The notes under the pieces: model-generated
Told to the model about the DNA's origin: nothing
The model's input: only the letters and a program-made list of their open reading frames with translations
The model's database searches: none
Shown: piece by piece, positions 24,825 to 36,700 of the stretch
Layout of the letters: each line of letters starts with the position of its first letter
Numbering within the stretch: position 1 is the stretch's first letter
From: Eledone cirrhosa
Taxonomy: Eukaryota
Length of the DNA: 64,000 bases
Direction of reading: 5' to 3'
NCBI GenBank assembly: GCA_964016885.1
Contig: OZ024741.1
Location: forward strand, 145,204,001-145,268,000
Program-made: the position numbers and the translations under genes

Positions 24825-25660
24825 CGTGGAAAGAATGCAAAATGGACTGTAGGATGAGGTAACAAAAAGTAAGTTACCTAGTAATCTTTTTCTTGTTCTT
24901 TTTCTGTCCAATATTTCGAGACCTGAAAGTCTCTCCTTCGGGGTTTAAGGAACTTTCCAATTTCCTCTCTTTGGGATTAAATTTTGATTTTGATTTAAAT
25001 TTTTATAAGTCGTTTTCAAGTGTTTTTTATAGTTATTTCGCTCTTCACCAGAATGACGTCTATTGCCAATATAGTATTGCAAAATCAATTTTCTTTTTTG
25101 TATGAGATGTTTAGTTTGTGTGCCCGTGGGTATGTCTTTTTATGTTAACTATTGTGTGCTGAGTTCTATTCTATTATTTATTTGCGGGTTGACTCCATGT
25201 ATGTGCAAGGCTTTCTTAATTCTTAAATTGCCCACATTTCTATCACTGGCTCTAATAGTAACGGTAATATGTTGGTTCATGTTTGTCAATGTGTTTTTTT
25301 GAATAAGGATGCATGTGTGTTGCGGTGTTCTTTAATGTGAGTGTGGAGTGCTCGAGTCGAATCGATTCCGCGAAATACTATATTGGCACTAGACGTCATT
25401 CTCATGAAGAGCGAAATAACCATAAAAAAACGTTTGAAAACGACTTATAAAAGTTTAAATCAAAATCGAAATTTAATCCCAAGGAGAGGAAATAGGAGAG
25501 TTCCTTAAACTCTGAAGAAAGGACTTTTAGGTCCCGAAATATTGGACAGAAAAACGAACAAAAAAGAAAGACAAGACAAAGATTACCAGGTAACTTACTT
25601 TTCGTTACCTCATCTTACAGTCCATTTTGCATTGTTTAGTCTTCTATCTCTTTCCACGTT
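24824..25660 (-). mobile_element. 5'-truncated PLE with inverted pseudo-LTR (fold-back), related to 5600-6420
   Basis: Inverted arms ~24824-25078 and ~25374-25660. Between them the minus strand gives STRALHTHIKEHRNTHAS...ITVTIRASDRNVGNLRIKKALHIHGVNPQINNRIELSTQ. Confidence 0.85.
25508..25548 (+). ncRNA. Minimal HHR motif in the inverted pLTR (mutated copy on minus strand at ~24907-24945)
   Basis: CUGAAGA-aa-ggac(ttttag)gtcc-c-GAAA-u-a-UU-gg. Stem II covaries between arms (ggac/gtcc vs agac/gtct). Stem I is weak. Confidence 0.5.
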
Positions 25661-25829
25661 ATATATTATACACAATGCTTCAAGCAAACTACAACATTTT
25701 AATATATGGGGTTATAAGAGGCTTAGCTCTGTTTCTCGACCGTTATATCGCGTGACTATCTCCCCCTCCGCCTTTTGGGATTCTTTCTCACGTCGTGTAG
25801 ACGCGTTCTTGAAGCTATAAAATGAGGTA

Positions 25830-25919
25830 TCCTCTTGATAAGTCGGCAGACCTCGCAAAGGCTCTATATCTTTATGATGTACTGTTTTTGTTTATGCCAC
25901 GAAACTACGTAGTCGAGGA
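25830..25919 (+). ncRNA. Type I hammerhead ribozyme, U3:A8 core variant (copy 1)
   Basis: Stem I uccuc/gagga; core UUGAUAA; stem II gu(c)ggca/ugccac with a long loop; GAAA; stem III cua(cg)uag; GUC cleavage site at C25914. Confidence 0.8.
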
Positions 25920-26420
25920 ATCTAGGAGCAGTTTAGGTATGATACATTTTATTACTAATTATATCTAAATGTTCCTTTCTCTTCATAATGTATTTTTAAC
26001 TCTGATACTGGTTCAGTCTGGTTCAACCGGATTGGTCTGTCCCAGTCATTCATTGAGCAACATCGGTAAGGTTGGCACCATTGACTCACAGTTGGATGTG
26101 GATGCATTCATGTATATGTGTGTGTCCGCATGTATCTGTATGTTTCTAAATATATTGTTCATAACTCCCTCTGGTCGAGTAATCTTTGAAGTGTAGTGAC
26201 TGCTGGAAAGCTGCCATTACTCATACTTCTCGCCTCCTTTACCACCTCTTCTACGGCTTCGATATAAATACCCCCTCCGCCTCCGTGGTATTTTCTTCGT
26301 GGTTATAAGAGGCTTAGCTCTGTTTCTCGACCGTTATATCGCGTGACTATCTCCCCCTCCGCCTTTTGGGATTCTTTCTCACGTCGTGTAGACGCGTTCT
26401 TGAAGCTATAAAATGAGGTA

Positions 26421-26510
26421 TCCTCTTGATAAGTCGGCAGACCTCGCAAAGGCTCTATATCTTTATGATGTACTGTTTTTGTTTATGCCACGAAACTACG
26501 TAGTCGAGGA
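26421..26510 (+). ncRNA. Type I hammerhead ribozyme, U3:A8 core variant (copy 2)
   Basis: Identical to copy 1; cleavage site C26505. Confidence 0.8.
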
Positions 26511-26576
26511 ATCTAGGAGCAGTTTAGGTATGATACATTTTATTACTAATTATATCTAAATGTTCCTTCTCTCTTC

Positions 26577-26632
<56 letters not shown>

Positions 26633-26918
26633 AAAAAATGGGGAGAAGAATACTGCATGGTTGCACATGGATAACATGTTAGAAAATGAGTCCCTCATCA
26701 GTGATTTACCAACGGTCATAGGTATAAGCTTTCGGTGTATTTTTTGACTAAAGAAATTTTAGCCTGAGTATTGACGTACATGTAGGTCAATATTCATCTT
26801 TTTCCATTTCTTAGAGGGTTTTAAACCTCACTATCAAGTTAAAATTTCTTTAGTAAAAAAATGCGATGAAAGCTTCTATTTCTAATTTCAAACTCGCTCG
26901 CTGTTTCAAATCATACTT

Positions 26919-26985
<67 letters not shown>

Positions 26986-26988
<3 letters not shown>

Positions 26989-27325
26989 AAGGAATTTGTA
27001 GTTGAAGCATTGTATAAGGTATAAATAATTCAAAGTTTGAAAGCCACAACAATGCGGGTTTGGACGGAATATAATTAAATCATAAGAAACAGGGGTTATT
27101 TTTTACCTTAATTTATTCATATATCCTGTAATTTCTAGATTAATATCTCTTTCCCGAGGAAAATAAGGCAACTATTCTTGTGTCTGATGTGGCTTGCTAT
27201 ACCATGCTGGCCAGAAGTGGTTTTATTACGATTTAATTATTCCGTCCAATCCTGCATTGTCATGGCTTTCAAACTTCGAATTCTTCATACAATATACAAT
27301 GTTTCAAGTAAATTATAAATTCCTT

Positions 27326-27329
<4 letters not shown>
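26986..27329. mobile_element. Small fold-back element with ~110-bp imperfect inverted arms between (TA)n tracts
   Basis: aagaaggaatttgta...gcattgt...gaaagcc..acaatgc..ttggacggaat versus attccgtccaa..gcattgt..ggctttc...aattccttctt. Related termini at 27357-27440 and 25670-25700. Confidence 0.65.
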
Positions 27330-27361
<32 letters not shown>

Positions 27362-27599
27362 TATTGAAGTTTGCTTGAAGCATTGTGGAACAATAAGTAA
27401 ATATCTTTAAGACATTTGGAAGCCTCGACAATGCAAATGGGTAAATCTCCGGGTAACAAGGTCCGGTGGTGGAAAGAGAGATGTAATATATATATATATT
27501 GTAGTACAAAAATATGGGTGAAGAGAGGAAAAATAATGAATACAGATAATAGTCCCATTTCATCAGGTGACCGCTAGACATATGTTGTTGCATATATAT

Positions 27600-27762
27600 A
27601 TCATCATCATCCTCATCATCGTCTAACGTCTATCTTCCATGCTAGCATGGGTTTAGACGGGTATTGTCCCACTTGAAGCAAGATTGATTGTCTTGCTCGT
27701 ATAGGACTGTCTGGCAGGTTTTCTATGTCTGGATGCCCTTCCTAACACCAACCACGTTTACA
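27600..27762 (-). mobile_element. RTE family A extreme 3' fragment
   Basis: (CAT)n, cgtctaacgtc...ccatgctagcatggg...ggatgcccttcctaacac. Confidence 0.85.
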
Positions 27763-28097
27763 TGTGTGTTTATATATATATATATGACCTATCATATAGA
27801 TACGATGGGTCCCTACAAACATTTTATCTACCAAATTTCACTCATAAGACATTGATCAACTTGGGGCTATAGCAGAAACGCTTGCTCATAATGACATTAC
27901 ACAACATTATTTAAGATTTGACGCATTAAGTTACTGTCCTTGCCATTCTGAGTTCAAATCCCGCCGAGGTTAACTTCGCCTTTCATCCTTACGGGGTCGA
28001 TAAAATAAAGTACCAGTAATGTACTGGATAATTGCTGGCCTTGTGCCAAAAGTAGAAACAATTATTTAAGATTATCAGCTAGTTTCATACCAGAAGC

Positions 28098-28373
28098 ATG
28101 TAATCTGTATTTCATTAACATTGTAGCAATAGATTGCAAGAAATTCTGAGAATTGTACATTATCTCTGAGTAGAAGTGACAAGAGACAAACCTGGGGTGC
28201 TAGCCCATCTGCTTTATATTGTTTAAGTTCTTGCCCTTGATGCCTTTGAGTGTAGTGCAAATTATATATTTTGAAAAAGCTAGTTAATATCAGCCATTTT
28301 GGTTCTGAGGTCTGTTTTCACAGCTGGAATTTATATACATATATTCTCTCTCTCACACACACACACACACACA

Positions 28374-28449
<76 letters not shown>

Positions 28450-28702
28450 AGAATATATGTATATAAATTCAACTGTGACCTCAGAACCAAAATGGCTGAT
28501 ATTAACTAGCTTTTTCAAAATATATAATTTGCACTACACTCAAAGGCATCAAGGGCAAGAACTTAAACAATATAAAGCAGATGGGCTAGCACCCGAGGTT
28601 TGTCTCTTGTCACTTCTACTCAGAGATAATGTACAATTCTCAGAATTTCTTGCAATCTATTGATCAACTATTGCTACAATGTTAATGAAATACAGATTAC
28701 AT
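28098..28702. repeat. Long near-perfect inverted repeat (~250-bp arms) centred on (CA)n(TA)n(TG)n
   Basis: The ORF track shows the same peptide on both strands (28075-28260 minus, 28457-28663 plus). Arms differ by a few substitutions and small indels. Confidence 0.93.
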
Positions 28703-28717
28703 ATATATATATATATA

Positions 28718-29405
28718 TCATCATCATCATCATCGTTTAACGTCCAATCTTCCACGCTTGCATGGGTTTGGACGGGAGGTTTCCCACTTGAGACAAGATT
28801 TGTTGTCCTGCTCGTATAGGACTGTCTGGCGGGTTTTCTACGGCTGGATGCCCTTCCTAACACCAACCACGTTTACAATGTGGGGCTGGGAGGTTTTTAC
28901 CGTGTTACCTACACGGCCACATTACAGCGTGGACTGTGTGTTTTTTTTTGTCGTGACACCTACACGACCTCATTTGTTTCGGACTGGATGTTGTGGTACC
29001 AACATAACTTCACATTTAAGGGGGTGGTGTAGTGGGACGGGGTGTATTTTGTTAGAGGTGCCTACTGACTGTAGGTTTCGCTTTGTACTTAGGCAAGGCG
29101 GGTCTTCTGTATTACTGCGTAGCGCCAACGATCTCGGTCCAGTGACATTGTCTTGGAGAGGTGTAAGTGTGTGAGGTCGGAATTTATCAAGTCGTCCCAG
29201 GTTTTTCTGGGTCTACCTACTCCGTGGCTACCGTCTATTTTGATCGCCCTGCACTTTTTATACAGCTGTCGTCTTTCATGCGCATCACGTGACCATACCA
29301 ACGTAGTCTTCTCTCGAGTAAACAACATCTGATCCCTCTTATTCCTAATTTCTCCCTTAGTTCGTTTATGCTTTGCCGTTCACGTATATTACTATTACAC
29401 ATCCA
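28718..29405 (-). mobile_element. RTE family A 3' fragment
   Basis: KCRAIKIDGSHGVGRPRKTW...IQKTRLA plus 3' UTR and (GAT)n. Confidence 0.93.
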
Positions 29406-29971
29406 CACACACATATTTATATATATATAATATGTAGATTCCTGAGTTGTGGCAGGAGGTAACTACACTTAAAAATGGTACTCAATACATTGGTAGAGTA
29501 TAGGCATCTTTATTATATATAGAAATGACTAAAGTATAATATTTATATATATATATATGTATATATGTGTGTGTGTGTTTATTTTAAATTATTATGTTCA
29601 TGTTAGTGATAATATTACAATCTACTGTGTATATAAGGGCCTTATTTATTTATTTATTTTCTTTCTGGTTGTTTAGATGATTTGCATATCTTCTGATGAG
29701 AAACCCAAAAGATTCAAAAACCAATTCAAGATATTTATCATTTGTTTCAATTTACAGAGAAATACAAGAATTTGGCATATTTACATGTCCAAATACTCAA
29801 TGTGTAAATTTATATACATATTCACACAGTCTCAGTTTCCTCCATTGACAGACAAGATGCCTTGAAGGATTTGTTCTGGTTCTTTGCATTCATAATAGAT
29901 AATAATAATAAGAAGAAAGTGTATGGCATCTCATATCCATCAAAGTGAAAAAATATTCCTATGTGGCCCAA

Positions 29972-30262
29972 TCATCATCATCATGATCATCATCATTTTA
30001 CGTCCACTTTTCCCTGCTTGCAAGGGTGGGACGGGAACTGATTCTGGCTTGATTTCTACAGCTGGATGCCCTTCCTAACACCAACCCCATTTATAGTGAG
30101 TGCTGGGTGCTTTTTTACTGTGGCACCTCCACAACCACTTTGCAGTGGAATGATAGGGAACCCAGTCCTAACATCTCATTTCTACAGCTGAGTAAACTGG
30201 AGCAATGTGAAATAAAGTGTCTTGCTCAAGGAAACACATCACCCGGTCTGAGAATTGAATCA
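29972..30262 (-). mobile_element. SINE-R, 5'-truncated
   Basis: Matches 902-1294 up to the B box. Confidence 0.88.
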
Positions 30263-30439
30263 CGTATTCAATTATACATATTATATATATATCCCTAAGA
30301 TTTTTAAGGAAGTTCACTGCTAGAATTTCCTGAAAAGTTGTCTTCGAATCTGATTTGAAAGCCAACAAATATAATGCAGTTCATGGAAACAGGAGCCAGA
30401 GCTGACTTACAGAAGGGTCCTCGATAACAACAGCTCTTT

Positions 30440-30740
30440 ATTCTGGTGTCTTGTACTAGAAGAAGTTCCATTCCAGAGGGCTACAGCTGACATATAGAAG
30501 GCCTTGATCACCACAGCTCTTCATTCTCCTGTTTGGTACATTGAGGTGACTATTACCACACAGCCTCAAATATACCAGTGAGACCTTTTCACAAAGCAGT
30601 TTATGAATATATTGAGGAGAAGCAAGTTCATGTACAGCTTTAAATGTCACCCTGCTGTGGTCTATAGGGATTGCATGATTTGACTCCATTACTTGTCTGT
30701 TGTGTGCCTTTAGTGGTGTTCATCAACACTGTTGCAAATA
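30440..30740 (-). mobile_element. L2/CR1-like LINE 3' relic
   Basis: H.IPI..RVTFK.VH.LASPQYIHKLL...LR...LNVP.RRMKSCGD...S.PLEWN resembles the L2/CR1 ORF2 C-terminus. Confidence 0.6.
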
Positions 30741-30888
30741 TTCAGATTGGGTTTTTGATTTTAAGATACCCCCCCCCCACCAAAGGTCTCATAAGCATTG
30801 AAAATAGTCATAAGCACTGACTTTCTCTCCTTCACTAAATAGTAAAAAAGCATACACATACCCACACATATGTATATGTGTGTGTGTA

Positions 30889-31205
30889 TGAAGGTACATG
30901 GCATTGTGGCTAGAGTGTTGGATTTACAATCATGAAGTTTACAATCAATTCGTTGACTGGGTGATGTGTTGTGTCATTGAGGGAGATACTTTATTTCACA
31001 TTGCTCCATTCACTCAACTGTAGAAATGAATTGTGCTGTCATTGGTGCCAAGCTGTATTGGCCATTGCCTTTCTCTTGGATCACATCAGTGGTAGGAAGA
31101 TTTGAGATTGGTATGCATGGAAGACTGCAGGTCTTTCACAAACAACCGTGCCTGGACCTCTGCCTCAGAGTGAAACTTTCTAGGTGCAAATCTCATGGCA
31201 ATGAT
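30889..31205 (+). mobile_element. Older SINE sharing the SINE-R head and body but with a different 3' part
   Basis: gaaggtacatggcattgtggctagagtg...gatactttatttcacattgctccattcactcaactgtagaaatga. Confidence 0.65.
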
Positions 31206-31243
31206 GGAAAGGTGTTTATATATATACTGTATATATGTGTGTG

Positions 31244-31289
<46 letters not shown>

Positions 31290-32279
31290 CAGACAATAAA
31301 GAGTCAGGAGGACTCTCCAGTCATGCCAAGAACATGACAACCTCCCTAGTGTTGGTGATTTAAATGATAAATACACCCAGAATACCCTGTAAATTGATTA
31401 GTGATAGGAAGAGCATCATGCCATAGAAAATTGCCAGACAAATGGTCAGGACGACCCTCAAATCATATCAAGGGCATGATAACCTCTCCTGAATATTTAA
31501 TGGAATGTGAAACCATACATAAGTGAGACACAGATCCCTGGCTTGCTTGGGAGATCACTGGTTCTGCTTCAGTGTGGACGTGGTCTATATAGATCTGTCC
31601 AATCCTTGCTATCAAGGAAAGTGGATGTTAAAACAAAAATGATGATGATGACATATATATTGTGTGTCTGTGGTATGAAGACTGGGAAGACCACAAATTA
31701 GAGTAGTACTTGATGTATGGTAGGATGCAGAGTGGGTATATTAATGAGGTAGAGAATCAATTGTGAACTCTATCGGTTTTGACTTCAATTCTCTACCTCA
31801 TTAATATGTATATATGATTAAATTTTGAGAATTCACATCACTTGATCACTTTCTCGTATATAGGTGGCATGAACATGATGTTTTAGCGCTATCAAGGACT
31901 TATATTATTTTCTGAATATGCTGCAGTGAGAGAAATAATGAAAAAGCTTTTATCAACTAGGGCCAACCATACTTACCTAAAAGACATGAATCACATTTAA
32001 ATCAAGTGATATCTGTGCTTCAAAGAGTTTTAAGTGAAGCAAGGCCTTGCAATGGCCCAATCCCACTCTCTGAACAGAACAGATCAGCATCATTCGCTGC
32101 CATTGAGTCACTGGTTGTAGATCAGAGTTTTCTTTCTCCTAGAATGATGTCCTAACAAGGACTAGGGGTCTCTCACTTCCAGAGGGTTCAGACACTAGAT
32201 CAAATATGTCCATGTCTCCACACACACACACACACTCACACATATATGTATATATATATATACACACACGGTCACATAT

Positions 32280-32339
<60 letters not shown>

Positions 32340-32503
32340 GCTCACACACATATATATATATCAATATATTCATGTATATACCTATGTATGTGTATGTATG
32401 TATGTATCTATCTATCTATCTATATATATATATATATACACACGCTCACACATATATATATATCAACATATTCATGTATATACCTATGTATGTGTATGTA
32501 TGT

Positions 32504-33246
32504 ATCATCATCACCGTTTTACGTCCGTTCTTCCACGCTAGCATGGGTTAGACGGGTTGTCCTGTTGTGTGCAGTGTCTGGTCGGCTGACCATGCCTTGC
32601 TCATACAGGAACTGGTCTGGCTTGATTTCTACAGCTGGATGCCCTTCCTAACACCAACCTCATTTACAGTGAGTGCTGGGTGCTTTTTCGTGGTGCCTAC
32701 ACGTCCACTTTACAGTGTGGGCTGGGTGCTTTTTTGCCGTGGCACCTCCACGACCACCTTGCGGTGGGGGGTGTGGGGGCATATTGTTTATATGCTTCAG
32801 CATGTACCCATGGGAGGTCGGGTACCCTGTATTACTGCGTGACGCCAGAAGTCACGGTCGTGTGTCATTGACTTTGAGAGGTGTAGTTGGGTAAGGTCGG
32901 CTTTTATCACCTCATCCCAAGTCTTCTTGGGTCTCCCCACTCCGCGGTTTCCATCAACTTCTAGTGCTCTGCACCTTTTTATGCAGCTGTCATCCTTCAT
33001 ACGCATCACATGTCCATACCAACGTAACCGCTTCTCCTGCATGCAGCATTTGATTCCTCTTATGCTCAGTCTCTCTCTCAATTCATTTATGCTTTGTCGT
33101 TCACGTATATTACTGTTACACATCCATCGGAGCATGCAGGCTTCGTTTCTCTCTAATCTACGTAAGTCTTCCACCTTCAGCGCCAAGGTCTCACTACCGT
33201 GCAACATTGCTGTTCGTATGCACGCATCATACAGTCTGCCTTTCAT
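32504..33246 (-). mobile_element. RTE family B 3' fragment
   Basis: ORF 32797-33246 [19 protein letters not shown]...VIQGTRPPMGTC plus 3' UTR and (GAT)n. Confidence 0.93.
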
Positions 33247-33468
33247 ACTATGTATGTATCTATCTATATATATATGTATATATATATATGTGTGTGTATA
33301 TATCTATCTATCTATATATATATGTGTGTATACATATATATATACACATGTATATATATATGTATATATATATACATATATATATACATATATGTATATA
33401 TATATATATGAAGCTGTGTGTGGGTGTGTGTATGTATATATATATATATATATATGAAGCTGTGTGTG

Positions 33469-33505
<37 letters not shown>

Positions 33506-33799
33506 ATACACCCACACACAGCTTCATATTGCTGTAAGGGTAAATGTATGTACAGTAAATTTTCTATTCACCAAATTTATTGATTTCTTTATTCTCTTGA
33601 ATTATTTATCTACTTATTTATTTTGTTCAATATCTTCCTTGTGTGACAGCATCTAATACAACCAGCAATGATAAGCCACAGACAAAATGTACAAGTGAAG
33701 AAAACAACAACATTAATAAAAATGGTTTCTGATTTAGGCACAAGGCTAACAATTTTTGGAGAGGGGGTAAATCGATTAAGTCAGGCCCAGTTTGTCATT

Positions 33800-34077
33800 T
33801 CATCATCATCATCATTTCATTTTACGTCCGCTTTTTTCCCTGCTTGCAAGGCTGGGACGGGAACTGATGGTGGCTTGATTTCTACAGCTGGATTCCTTTC
33901 CTAACACCAACCTCATTTACAGTGAGTGCTGGGTGCTTTTTTGCCGTGGCACCTCCACGACCACTTTGCAGTGGAATGATAGGGACCCCAGTCCCTATCA
34001 TCTCATTTCTACAGCTGAGTAAACTGGAGCAATGTGAAATAAAGTGTCTTGCTCAAGGAAACAACACATCATCCGGT
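33800..34077 (-). mobile_element. SINE-R, 5'-truncated, nested in an older SINE
   Basis: Matches SINE-R. The flanks 33720-33795 and 34078-34220 belong to the second SINE family. Confidence 0.85.
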
Positions 34078-36105
34078 CACTGGTTCTTTATTTTATCGAC
34101 CTTGTAAGGTAGGAAAGCAAAACTAGCCTCAGTGGGATTTGAAATCGGAATGCAAAGACTATAACTTATGCCACGAAGCATGTTGTCTGACACTCTGCCG
34201 ATACTGCCAATCCACCACTCCAGTACTTGTTTCTAGTTGGGAAGAGGAAAGTGAATTAAATCAACCCAAGCACTTGACTGGTAATTTATTTTATCAATTT
34301 AAGAAGGATGAAATTTGACCTTGGTGGAATTTGAATGAGAATGTTAAGGGCTGGAATAAATGCAACTACAACAACAATAATTATTTGATTTTTTCGTCAT
34401 AAATTCATCTACACAACCTTTGCAATGATATAAGGATGGAAAACAACATAACACAAAATAGGGTTTACATCCAATAAATAGAAGTGGCTATGAACAAAGG
34501 GATAAACAGTAAATATAACAATAACAATTGTTTGAGATTGTAATATCAATACACAAATATAACAAAATTCAACAAGAAAAAAACTCCCTAATTGGTTAAT
34601 TGAAAGGATTCCTCACCCCCGAAATACACACACTGGATTACTCTGTCACATCAAAAACAATAATAAATGGGCTCTCCTGATTTCTTTCCTTCTGCTTAGA
34701 AAAGGAAAGAGTAGGCCCATTTAGTCATGTCATTCTAGCTGCTCAACCCCATCTTTGATGAAGAAGCACACTAGAAGACAGCACCTCACTCTTCAAGTAA
34801 CAATAAAAACAAAAAAAAAACAGTAAGAATAATAATAAAAACAACAATAACAACAATGGTGATGATCCCACTGCCAGTAGTAGTCGTAATAATAATAATA
34901 ATAATAATAATAATGACGACGTGATGATGATGGTGATGATGATGATGATGATACAGAAAAAATAAAATAAAAAAGAATAGATGAAAAGCTTGTCAATTTA
35001 ACCATCAGTTTTAAAAGACATCTTGATTTGTTTTAACCCTTCATTTCTGAATAGAATATGAGATTGACAATCAATTCCCATATTTGTGGTTGAAATTTTC
35101 TGAATTACTAACAGCTTCAATGATCAAGATAGTCATGCAATAAATCGTTGTCTTCTTGTAAAATCAATAATCATTAATATGCTAATCATAACGTCTATCC
35201 AAAATTATGAACCACTATTTTATTTTCTATTTTTCCTTTTTTTTTTTCCTTTTCATTTTAAATAATTTATTCTTTCATCCATTCTGGTTTCCAACATTAG
35301 ACTGCAACCATGCTGGAGCAATGTCCTGAAGGATTTTAATCGATCATGCCAGCACCAGTAGTTGTTTATTCTATTTTTTCAAATCACATGTTTTATCAAT
35401 CTCTTTATCAAACCATTAAATTGTGGAACATAAACAAACAGTAAATGTAAACACAGACATGAACCCCAACCCTCTATTCCAACACATATATATGCAAGCA
35501 TCACCATGTTCAACACATATATATGCAAGACATACATATATATGAACTTTCATATCGTTTCTATCTATCAAATTTCACTTTTGTGTGGCATTGGTCAACC
35601 ATAGGCCAAGGGACTGAATCTGAAACAACATAGTTGCAGAAAATAAACACGTTAACCAGCTAGCCATGCTTATGTCTATTTCTAAGTTTATTCTATGATT
35701 TAGTAGAAAATATGTAAAAGTGTGTTTGTTAATTCAAATGTTTATAGTATTTATATGAGTAGACAGATCATTGTGAAAATTTGCAGTTAATTAAAGCAAA
35801 GAGATAAATTTTTAATGTCTTGCTGTTATAATACTCTTTTGTACTTTTCAAAAATATCTTTCTAATTTGGTTTCATGTTGCAGAGGATGTTAAGAATTAA
35901 TGTGTTTTCATTTATGTTATGTTTTTCTATAGGGTGTGGTGTCTAAATATATTTTCATGTTTTAATATTTTTATTTTTTTAATTTTCCCTTTCCTTTTGT
36001 CTCTCTTATTTTAGTTCAGACTGTGAAATTTTACTGGAGTTTTAGTGGAAGGCGTATGGAATATTGTTAATATAAAATTCTATTTTAAAAAATTTTACTT
36101 GGTAG

Positions 36106-36221
36106 ATCTGCAAGAAGGACCAGTGCCCAATGGTCTTCACTGGCCTTCTGAAACTGGAGAGATTGATACTGTTGATGTTTTGTTTAATGCTTTCATTACT
36201 GCATTTCTAATGAAAGACACT
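36106..36221 (+). CDS. Candidate internal exon of an unidentified host gene
   Basis: Acceptor ttttacttggtag, donor gtatat. Reads (D)LQEGPVPNGLHWPSETGEIDTVDVLFNAFITAFLMKDT in non-repetitive sequence; no family recognised. Confidence 0.33.
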
Positions 36222-36229
36222 GTATATGG

Positions 36230-36700
36230 TCTTCTTCTTTTCTTCTTATTCTCCCACTTATTCCTGAGAGGGTCATGGGGGCAGAGGCCTGAAACACTCC
36301 TTCCAGCAGGTCCTATCATAAACAACCATCTCCAATTGGTCTGGCTGGATCCCCAAGAGAGACCAGTTAAACTCATGGATGTTATCCAACCATCATGCTT
36401 GGGGTCTCCTGCCAGTTGGTTTTGACTGTAAAATCTGTCCAGCAATTCTTTCCTGAGACATTCTAACCACATGTCCATAGTATTGGAGCTGTCCTCTTTT
36501 AATTCAGAGAAGTAGCAGCTCCACATGGAGTGACACTTTGAGGGAACCTCATTTTGTCTGCTTGTGTATGCAATCATATTCTTTTGGTCATTACCTAAGA
36601 TTCATGATCATGAGTAAGGGTTGGCATGAATACCAAATTGAAGATAGCGAGTTTGCCTTTTACACTTACCTTCCTTCTTCTGATTACTGAATGCTGAAGC
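36230..36700 (-). mobile_element. Old RTE-like LINE 3' end (family D)
   Basis: Homologous to 20790-21187; (AAG)n tail at 36230-36250. Confidence 0.72.

Larger units (their letters stand above)
25710..26581 (+). mobile_element. Retrozyme-like non-autonomous element: two ~280-bp direct repeats, each with an HHR
   Basis: 25710-25989 matches 26301-26581 (1-nt indel), period 591 bp, ~310-bp unique spacer. Flanked by TA. Confidence 0.82.
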
